Below are positions 27,991 through 40,184 of a stretch of 64,000 nt of DNA, piece by piece. Positions within the stretch are counted from its first letter, which is position 1; each line of letters begins with the position of its first letter. The notes beneath the pieces are model-generated. The model searched no databases and had not been told where the DNA came from. It saw only the letters and a list, made by a program, of their open reading frames with translations. Source of the stretch: the human T2T-CHM13v2.0 reference genome, Homo sapiens; assembly GCF_009914755.1 (NCBI RefSeq), contig NC_060927.1. One strand, written 5' to 3'. A program made the translations under genes and the position numbers.

Positions 27991-28550
27991 ATACAGGAAG
28001 AACGGAAGATGCAATGGGAAGAAAAGAAGGAGAAAATGAAAATGAAGGAAGAATAACTTTCCTATTGAATTTAACATATTATTAAAAATTCCAAAATTAT
28101 TATTGAAGCACAACTTTTAAAGAACATATCTGTTGTTCAAAGGAATGTACAAGTGTATGAATATTCTTTGTTAATATGCAAGAAATGTATTGTCAATGAT
28201 TATGCACAAGTCAGGGATTCTCCACTGAGAAATGAGTCTAAATCAGGAGCTCTGCTGTAGATAGAATGTGGAAGGAAAGAGGAAAGTTTCTCTTCCACAT
28301 GAATTTGGGGAACACATGCACATCCCAACACACGAAAGAATTGATAAGTCTCTTGAACAAATTCAAATAAAATTTATATTTATTTGTTTAGCAAAATAAT
28401 TATAACAAATTGTTAAAATTCAGAAACTTTATTTTAAATCATTAGATAGCTGCTTCTGTGATCAACACTGTTTTTAACCTATTTCTGATTTTGTTTTTCC
28501 CAGCTAGCTATGATCTACTATTATCAAGACAAGGACATAAAAGAAAAGTA

Positions 28551-28860
<310 letters not shown>

Positions 28861-29039
28861 AAAGAAAACCACAGAAAATGCAGTATAAAATAACTGGCAA
28901 AATTTAATTTTTTTTACCAACTAAATCTTGGGCAGTGTTATAGAAGATAACATAGGGTACACTTCATGAATATAACTACAAAAATAATAATTTCATTTTT
29001 TATGTGGAACAATCAGAAGATGTAAATGATAAGGTAAAA

Positions 29040-29640
29040 AACGAAGTTACCTAGTGAGGGTGGAGTTCAGGGGGTCTTATTAATGGCTCCGTATTACAAT
29101 CTAGAAACGTCTTTTTGTAGACTAATCATATTGCAGGTCCACGGGAGATTTACAATCTGATTTGCCACAGAGAAGTCCATGTAATCTTCGTTGAGGACTG
29201 ACACCATTTTATCTTTGCACAATTCCCTGTTTCTCACACAAGTAATTCCGTCCTTTCTACACTGTCAGCTCTGACAGGCTGATTTAATCTGCAGGATTCT
29301 GAATGCCTCTGACCACTGCAGCGAGTCATTAACCTTGACTCGCATAATTGAATTCAAGGTTGATTGCCTGTGACCCTCTGCGCTGAGGTCTTCTAAATGT
29401 ACATATTCATTACTGGCAGCCTCGCTAAACGGATTGCACAAGGAAAGCTGTAGCAGTCGGCCTGTTTGGTATGCAGGGGGCGAAGAGGGCACTAATTGCA
29501 TGTTAGAGCTGAGGATTAGATTATGAAACGAGTGAGAAAATGAAGATAGATCCTCTGACACTGTCAGATTAGGGGCAGCAACGTGAGGGAATATGACATT
29601 GAAATTTACAGTGACATTAACAGAAGGAAAATTAGAAACA
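29040..29640. promoter_or_regulatory. candidate conserved non-coding element / developmental enhancer
   Basis: no recognisable repeat, 15 CpGs in ~550 bp, two TGACA/TGTCA palindromes, TAAT-core motifs; conservation not testable here. Confidence 0.5.
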
Positions 29641-31141
29641 AATAGACATTGGACATTTTTTGAAAATCTTCATATTTTCTACCATCACCTAATATGAGAT
29701 ATGGGAGCTAATGCTTGTATCTGTTTTCATTTGCATAATCACAGCAGAACAATGGAAATTTTTAAGTAGCTTTTTTGAAGACTAGGAAATCACATTATGG
29801 TCACCATAACACCACACATTATGCAATATCTAGGCCATGTTTAAATAATTGGCTTTACACCCCAGATGCCATTTTCAGTTGCCAAGAAAAGATATTCATA
29901 CAACTTCAGTAAGCCCTAAGAATATACAAATATTTGTGTTCAAAATTATTGCAAACAATTCTGCCAACCAATACTACAGGATGCAATTTTGGTGAACCAG
30001 CTTATAAAATTATCAGCTTTTCTACTTTTTGATTGATTTTCGTGTCAGTTCATTGTTAAAACAAGTGCTTACTTGTTCACATCAAACAAGTATTCCAGCA
30101 CAAGCAGATGCTCAAGTTAATAGCAAACAGTTCTACTACAAATCACTTCCATTTTCTAAAAGGAAATGTCCACACTATTACAAATGCAACAACAAATAAC
30201 TTGACCAGAGGTGAGGCTGTGTATAAATTTCAGAGACCTCTTTCTTTCCCATTTAGGAGTGGGATACTACTTGAGAAACCTTTTCTTGTACTTTTGCCAA
30301 TTGTGTTATGATTTATTTTAAAGGAAAATGACAGCCTGTCTTTCTGACAACAAAAAACATACAAAACTTAATGGCATAGGATGTTTAAAAACTAAACACA
30401 AAAGCCCCTGGTGTTCAGTGACAGCTAGAAATGAGTGTTACATTGGTTAAAAGTTACACTGTATCTCTAGAGAACGCAAGTTCAGTTTTACTTTGTTTTG
30501 CTTTTGCTTGGTTTTTAAAACAAGCCCATGGAATGGTTCCTATGGTACCACAAGATAACACTCCAGAAATGTTCCACGGCATTTTTATAATAAATGGTTA
30601 ACTTGGTTTGCATTGATCTTTAAGAATGAAATTTATTTTTGCTACTTTAAAAACCTCTAAATGGAAGAAGTAACTTCCTAATAATTATGCCTTGCTGAGA
30701 AATCTCCTACTCTGTTTAAGAAATAAGCTCATGAATCAAGATTTACAGCAAAAAGAAAGAATTGCGGATGACTTCAGTGCCTGGGGACATTCATGCTTTT
30801 GAGAGATTGCATAGATGGTCTCCAATTCACCTTCCTGAGACATTTAAATGATTACCGATAGTTGTATTTATACCTGTCATCCAAATCTATTATGTACATA
30901 ATTAAGTTAACTTTTAAATGAACCAACATTATCTTTTCCTTTAATCAGAGGAAATAAGGAGCACTGGAGTTCATGCTAGACAAGTGTCAAGATCTAAGTT
31001 CCAATACCAACTCTGTTATTTTTTGGCTGTGTAGCACTGGGCCAATCACTTGCCATTTCAGACTGGCTTCCCTACAAGTTTTTTGTGAAAATAGCTGCAA
31101 AATATTACATAATTTGGTACTACTGGGATTACCAAAACTGC

Positions 31142-31790
31142 TTCAGGTATCTCTTGTTGCCTAACAAGCAACCCCAAAATGCAGTGGCTTAACACCACAA
31201 TGATTTGTCAGTGTTCAGGATTCTGCGAGGTGACAGTTTGAGCATTTCTCCTGCTGATCTTGCCTGGGATCATTCCTGAGCCTGCTATCATCTCTCTGAT
31301 GGCTTGACTGAGGTAGAGGGTCCAAGATGGCCCTATTTACATGTCTGGCAGTTGGTGCCAGCTGTTAACAAGGACTCCAGTCTATTCCTCAGTTTTTCTG
31401 ACAACAAAAAACATACAAAACTTAATGGCATCAGATGATTAAAAACAAAAACACAAAGGCCCTTGGTGTTCAATGATATCTATTCTACAGTCTCTCATCC
31501 TCTAATAAGCCAAAATGGACTTCTTTGCAGCGTGATGGTCTCAGGGTTTCAAGATGGTAAGAGCAGATACCAAAACTCTCCTCATGGCCTGGACTCTGGA
31601 GCACACAACATACATCACTTACACCATACTCTATTGGTCAAAGAAAAGCCCAAAGCCAGCCCAGATTCAAAGGAGTAGAGAAATAGATTCCATGTCATGG
31701 TGAAAGAAGTGACAAAGTTCCATAGGAAAGGGACAAAGACCCAGGAAGGCTTGATTCATTGAGAATTATCATTATAACAATCTATCCACT
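31142..31790 (-). mobile_element. MLT1-type MaLR LTR carrying an ~80 bp insertion
   Basis: ttgttgcctaacaagcaaccccaaaatgcagtggcttaa...ctattggtcaaag...ccagcccagattcaaaggag. Confidence 0.85.
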
Positions 31791-31859
31791 AAAACATGTA
31801 TAGCAAGAATTAATGTAAAAGAAAACACACTAATTCATTGATATTTAATTTGTGCTTTC

Positions 31860-32055
31860 TGGTACTGCCAAAATGGAAATTCCTTGCCATCTTCCTCTTC
31901 CTCTGATGGCTCATTTAGTGTGTGAATGGTTGGCCTGAAGTTGTGACCCACAGGGTTTGATCCTAGTTCTGATTCTGACAGGTGTCTATGGAAGCAAATA
32001 TAAATGCTCCTCCACCAGATTTGCCACCGGCATTTGGCACTACACAGTGGCACAA
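31860..32055 (+). mobile_element. possible ancient LF-SINE-like relic
   Basis: collinear blocks resembling the recalled LF-SINE consensus (see findings). Confidence 0.4.
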
Positions 32056-32069
32056 TAATTGAGCATGCT

Positions 32070-32302
32070 AAGCTCTATTTAAGTCTCAAAGCATGGATTT
32101 AAATCCCAACTCTATCAATTACTAGCTAGATAGCTTTGAGTAAGTTACTTACTCTCTCTAACCTCAGTATCCCCATTTGTAAAAGGGAGCCAATGATAAT
32201 AACTACTTCATAGAGTTGTGGTACAGATTAAATTAAGATAATTCTTGTGAAGCACTTAGTGCCATGCCCAACACACTACATGCTAAGCATGATAGCTGTT
32301 AT
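32070..32302 (+). mobile_element. MIR SINE
   Basis: ggatttaaatcccaactct...taagttacttactctctctaacctcagtatccccatttgtaaaaggg. Confidence 0.88.
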
Positions 32303-33739
32303 TTGCAGTATTTATCTGTATCTGGACTCAGGATGGAGCATCATGCTGGAGAACCAGTCTTGTCAGTTCATTATCCAAGGATCTGAGATACAACCTGAGT
32401 TGTTTATGTCATAATTAAAAATATTTTTTACCTGCCTCTTAATACTAATCAGTTAATAACAATGATATAAAAAATAGAGCTCTCTCATCTCTGAGTCTGC
32501 CCTAAAGCCAAAGGTGTTGAAAAACGGCTGACCCCCCATTTTTGTTTCTAACCACATCAGACATCTGTTTCTGACCACATCAGACGCAGTGGGCAGCTTT
32601 TGTTCTCCTTTCTTTCAATTAGGAAATGTGCATGTGTCCTAATGGAAAAATAATATTAGCTCTGTACTTGTCCAACTAACAGTTTAGATCATCCACATTC
32701 TCTTCTGTCCTGCTTGGAGAGTTGGATCTTCACCATATTGATCACCCATCATGATTGTTTGCTATTCAACTTCCTGCCAAGGCAGAATAAAAAATGAGAA
32801 AGTGTTTTACTAACTCTAAAGCACTGTATACACATAAGGCATATTACTATTATTATTATTACTATCTATTATTTAAGACAGCCTCATCTTCTTAAACAGG
32901 GCAAAGCCCTGGGTTACCATTTTACCTGCATGGCCACAATATCCACCACACTATGTTTCGAAAAATAAGTCATCCTTAATGCCAGTGTCAACAAGTCTCA
33001 TGAAAACAAAGGAACCAGAAAAATACTTATGAAAAGCAATTTGGAAGATTTTTAAGTTCTAAAGTTAATTGAAGTGACAATATATGGTCCATATGTTAGT
33101 TTTCCCTTAACAGCCATAGTACAGCTACTGAGATTCAATAAATGTTAATGGCATTTAAGACAGCAAACAAAGAAGCTCTGATGTCTATCTGGATTAAATA
33201 ATGCCAAATAATGACTTATCCAGCACCTACTCTGAACTCAAAGAAGCCCAGAGCACCTTATAATATGTGTTCAGGACCGGGTCGCCCACCACTAGCCTCA
33301 ACCACTAGCCTGGGATGCATTGGAGAGTAAAATGTTTATGTGCACTCTCTCTCCAAAGACATCCTCTCTTTTCTTCTGTAGGCTACCCACAACCGTACCT
33401 CCACACCAATCCTTGTTGCCTGAAAAAAAGTCAACTTGAGGCAGCTCCCTCTACAGCACTGACAAATATTCTGGCTGTTACAGTTGTTGTTGTTCCTATG
33501 TGATTTTTCTTTATTTATTTACATTGCTTAGGGGACAAGAAGGGTGAGACAGAAGCCAGAAGTTAAATAAGTAATGGCCAAGTATATGGAGGGTTAAATT
33601 CAACAAAAAAGAAAAACAACTAGTTTTTATGCCTTTGATCATAAATGACTTCTCCCCTCTGTATCTCTTCCAAGGAAGTTTGCATTTGGGAAAATTAAGG
33701 GAAAACAGGATTTTTCTCAGAATCATTGCATTACCATGT

Positions 33740-34010
33740 CAGCCAGTGAGTGATAAGTTATGAGCTAGAGTACAAGGTCCCTGCCCCTCAGTAATTTACA
33801 TTCTTTCAGAAAAGCAGGACATCAAGGATTAAACAGCCCCTAGGGTGGCATGTGATGAGGGCCAGTGGGTGGGACAGACAGCAAATGCTACAGGCAATTG
33901 ATGGAAGGATAGCAGCATTATCTAGGAAGTGGTGGGAAAACTAAGTAGATGGGTCTTGAACCAGGCTTTGAAACAAGGGCAGGACATGGGTGACCCCAGA
34001 GGAGAAGTGG
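33740..34010 (-). mobile_element. L2 fragment
   Basis: aaggtccctgcccctcagtaatttacattct...cttgaaccaggctttgaa. Confidence 0.65.
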
Positions 34011-34264
34011 GCCTCCCACATACACAAACATAAACTGCATATGTTTATATTTGCGTAACTGTGAGGTTAGTTGCCCTAGAACAGAATTTTTAGGGAATAA
34101 TAATAGGATGTGAAATATTTGTTAGTTGTATTGAGGTATAATTGATACATTTTTAAATTTCAAACATTTGGTGTATACATCTTGATGAGTTAGAGCATAC
34201 TCATATGCCTGTGATACCACCACAACAACCAAGGTACTAAACATGAGATGTCATTTTTAAAAAG

Positions 34265-34535
34265 CATCTTACATTTGTGCTTTACTAAGGTGTTTAAATC
34301 ATATTATCTTATTTGATCCTCATGACCCTTTGCAGCAGATAAAAGATACACTAAGAGAACAGATGAAGTGTGCAGTTACCAGCTCGCAAAAAGCAGAGAC
34401 AGAACAAGAATCCAGGTTTTTGGCTCCCTTGGTCATAAGGATGATGTGAGGACTAAATGGGATAATATTTAAGGTGCTAAGAACAGTTCCTGGCACATAG
34501 TAAAACCTCAATGAATGTTAGCTATTATTACTACT
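34265..34535. mobile_element. MIR fragments in both orientations
   Basis: atttgatcctcatgaccct (antisense) then gaggactaaatgggataat...tggcacatagtaaaacctcaatgaatgttagctatt (sense). Confidence 0.75.
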
Positions 34536-34641
34536 TTTATCATCATCATCATTATTATTACAGTGAAGAGTTTAGACTCTGCCCTCTAAGCCCATGTTTC
34601 CTAAACTTCATTGTGTCTTGCCTTCACTTCGTCATTCTGCC

Positions 34642-35113
34642 CTGTTAGGATGCTTTCAGCTGCAAGTAGCAGAAAAAAAAAAAGGGGGGCGGGTATTTGT
34701 TGGCTCAAGTATCTGAAAATTCCAAAGCTATGGTTTGAGCTGGCCTCTGACTCCCTTTGTCTGCTGTTCTCCAGGTTCTGACCTCCTTTGTATGTCTACT
34801 TCATCCTGAGGACAGCTTTTCTGTTTTGTGGGGGGGTTGGGGGGGAAGAGCTCCCTCTCTCCAAAGACCTCCTATCCACACACAAGACTGTCCAGAAGGA
34901 ATGAGAGGGTTGCTTCCTTCTATCATTGAGTAAAGTCCAGAGTTTTACTCTGATTGGACCACCTTAAGTTCTGTGCCCATACCTGGACCAATCATTGTGG
35001 GAAGGGGTTGGCATCCCACTAATGGGCTTGGGTCATTCAGGGTCCTTTTCTGGCCTGCCTCATCAGCATGGCTGCTGCAGGGTGAGAGAGGTGGAAGAGT
35101 GCTAGGGATACAC
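34642..35113. mobile_element. old MLT1 (K/L-like) LTR splitting a hAT-Charlie-like element (34592-34641, ~35125-35330)
   Basis: gttaggatgctttcagctgcaagtagcagaa...ctctgattggaccaccttaagttctgtgcccatacctggaccaatca. Confidence 0.7.
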
Positions 35114-36499
35114 AGCAAAGTCCTCCAGACCATGGAACCACCTATGATATCACTTAATTAATTTTTTTCTTTAAAAGAACTCCCTTTTTAAAATTATTCC
35201 CTCATTCTAAGCCTCAATATCTGTCAAATCACAGGTGTGTGTAACAGCTGTTTTTTATTTAAAATAAATGCATAAGTATAAAAATTTAAAAATTGTTGAT
35301 CCACTGCAAATATCATCCCACTTTTATCACTGCTGAAGGCTTCTATTCTGAGTTCAGTATTTTTATTTCCATTCCAGAACTCTCTAATCTTTAGGCCATA
35401 TTAATATCCATAGCCAGTTTTTTTTCCATTCTTTTCAAGTAACATTTTCTATGCTCTGTCTGACTGCAATGGAAAAAATTAAAACCCCATCACACGGCAA
35501 AGCCAGCATAACTGTTGCCTGGTTGACTTTGCAAAACAAAGGGGAACAAAACAAAACAAAACACCCATTACATCATGAAGCCAACGTAACTGTTGCCTGG
35601 TTGACTTTGCATCCAGAGAGGCCTATGGCTGTAAAGGGCTGGAGTCACTGGCAGAACCTCAAACCTCAGCCTGCAAACACCATGTCCTGTAAAAAGGCAG
35701 TCTTGGCTGGTGTTGGCTTATGGTTCCAGTCTTCTAATGCAGGCATTTCATTGGAAATGACTGCTGGTGAAGATGACTTCAGGAAAGACAGGGAGAAAAA
35801 TTGAGATATCTGGGCCTGAGGAAATTCTAAATCCAGTACACCCATGTCATAAACTCTCCTAGCAAAAAGCGTAACTTCATAAATAAGCATAGGAGCCCAA
35901 GATAAGAATAAGGAGAAAGAGCCCAGGAATTAAATTTACATCATTCATCTGGGTAATGGAATCTCCAGTTAGCCCCTTCTTTCTCTTCGTAGCTGTCAGT
36001 TGCAATTGGCATGAGTTTTCTAGACCAAGCAGGCAGCCACAGCCCCAAACAGAGAGTCCTAAGAAAATGCTTTCTTGCTAAGGATACAAGCTGTTAAATC
36101 TATATCAAAGGGATAAGATTGTCAAACCCAGCCCTTACACCCCAGGAAAGGGCAGATATGCCAGCCTTACCTTAGAGGAAAAGCTTGCTTGGTTTTCTTG
36201 GTAAACCAAACTCTAGACTTAGAATCAGGAAAGAGTATCCTGGCTCTGCTGCTTAAGGGTCATTGGTATTTCAGCTTGCCTATGGGAGGTTCACAGGTTC
36301 TGTTTGTCAAACAGGATTTGGTATCTTCTCAGTGAATACAGTTTAAATTGAGCTAAGCTATCAATGAAAAATCTTAAATATATGATGAGGCAGGTTCATT
36401 TTATTGTTGAAGACTAAAACCAAAAGTTTTTGCAGAAATGTGTGAAAAGAGTTCTTAAACAAAACATTCCAAAAGTTGGCAATTTGAAAAGATGGCAAT

Positions 36500-37230
36500 A
36501 TATCAAACCACCTCCCTGTTGTGTGCACATACATGTGCCAGTTGCCAATTCCTCTCTCATAACCACCCACATATCCCGGTCAGGAATGAACCTCACCAAC
36601 ATCCCCCTGGGATAGCAGTAAGAGCATCTTCCTTGTCTCCCAACCTCTGGTTCCACTCCACCCCATGCCAGCCTCCCTATTTCTTTCAATGGAATCTTTC
36701 TAAAGTGTAAATATGATATAGTCCCTACCCTGCTTAAAACCCTAAGTGAGTCCAATAGCTTCCAGAGAATGTCCAAATTTCTTTGCCTGACACCAACCCT
36801 TTTGTGATGTCACTTGCTGGTCACTACTTATCTCCCACCACTTACCTGCCCCTGACTCAAGCATGCTTCCTTTTTGCCATAAGAACTGCATAAAGGTATA
36901 TCATATTTTTAGGTGTACATCCTCTGCACCTGCTATCCTCTGCCAACTAATTCCTACTTGTGTTTTAAAACTTAACTTCAAGAAACCATCACATGCACAC
37001 ACACACAAGTCTGGTTTGGATTCCTCTTCTTAGTGACCCCTCACACCTTCTGCACATTTGATCTTGGTGCCTACCATAATGTCCCATAATTGTTGACATA
37101 TTCTCCTTCTGTTTTGTTAAACTGCAAGCTTTTTGAAGGAAGAGATTTTGTTCCATTTGACTTAGAAGCTTAGTTTCTGGCCTACCTCACCAGTATCTCA
37201 CATCTAGGTATTCAATAGATGTGATTCCTG
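36500..37230 (+). mobile_element. L2 LINE
   Basis: aatctttctaaagtgtaaatatgatatagtccctaccctgcttaaaaccct...aaactgcaagctttttgaagg. Confidence 0.8.
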
Positions 37231-38299
37231 ATTTAACTGGTATTTTATAGAGTGCTGGTTCAAGGAACTTGATTGTTGCTTTAAATACATTATTTGGTAA
37301 GAGTTTGCTACCGCTTCCTAAATATGAGGTGCCATTTTTATCAACCATTCTTCACTTTTTAAAAAGTGGAAACATTTATTCCATGTTGAAAGACAAAAAT
37401 CTGATTGTAACATTCACATATAGCGGAGTCTTACCCTTAATAGAAACCTAAAACATGCCTAAGAAGGGCATAAATATTTACCTCTAAACCTGAAGACTTA
37501 TAAAGTGATAGTTAATGTCACATAAATTAGAAGAAGACATTTTAGTGACTTCTTAGAGCTCACAACTAGGACAAAATCTGGATCATAAAATATAACTCGC
37601 AGTCCTTGAAACTGCTCAGATTAGTCTCTTCAGACCCAAAGCTTTTTGTTTAAAAAAATGCTAGGACAAAGCACTTTGAGCTCTTAGGATGTAAAGAACT
37701 TTAGAACTGCAAAGCATTGTTTGGAGTCTCCTGCAGCCTTGTTATGCTATTGCTGCCATATGATTCCACTTTGGACTAGTATCTGTCCCATCTTTCATGA
37801 ATCTCGCATTGCTCCTTTTCTAGCCTCCAGTCCTTCTAGAGGCTCTGAGGTCTCCCCAGCGGGCCTCCTTCTGGAGCCACCTGATGCTCCAAGCCAAGAT
37901 GGTTCCAGTATCAGCCTTGATGTGCAGCCCTACATCTGTAAGACATCTGTAGCATCTGTAGACAATGTTCTTTACTCTTCATCATCATTTTATTTTGTCT
38001 ACAGAAAAGAGTAAGTGCAATGAGTGGTTTTGGGTTTTTTTTTAATTTAAAAAAATTTTAAATCTTTTCTGTGGTAGAAATTACTGTTCACATTTTTTAT
38101 CTCTTTGTGATTCTCCCAAATCTAAGCCATCAAGTCTCCTTTGGAAAACAGCTGCTCTTAATACCTACAGGATTTTCTTTAGTGGGAGTTAAGGTCAAAA
38201 TCTGAATTCTAAATGCAGAAAATCACCAGGTCAATGAATTCTCAATGATATGTGGCATTTTCAGTCTCTGTTTCATCTGATCCCATTCACACAACTTAT

Positions 38300-39410
<1,111 letters not shown>

Positions 39411-39863
39411 GCAAAGTGGAAACATTGCAGTTTTTACATGACTGCAAAGACAAAAAGCAGCCATGCAAGGGTGTTGGCTAACATCACCTATTCCTGGCAA
39501 ACTCTGGGAGAAGAAATTTGGGAGGAGAAACTGGGTCTCAGCCTTCCTCTTCTTTGCAGGAGATGTCATTTGTTGAATCCTTTCCCAGTTTCACAAATAT
39601 CAGGATTCAGCACCTGCACTTACCACAACCCAGATCAACACATTATCTATGAATCCATCATCTATTATTTTACTAACAAATGATGAAGAATTTTTTTGTC
39701 AGTAGTTTCATGCTCTGCAATGTCAACTCAGTTTGATTGAATTTCTTTTACCTCCCAGTTCTCCTCTTTATTACAAGATACTGTTAATAATTAGGTACCC
39801 ATAGAAATGTTTTCAATTGTCTAAAGATGGCCATCTTGTCATTGTTTTTAAAAATACACATCA

Positions 39864-40184
<321 letters not shown>

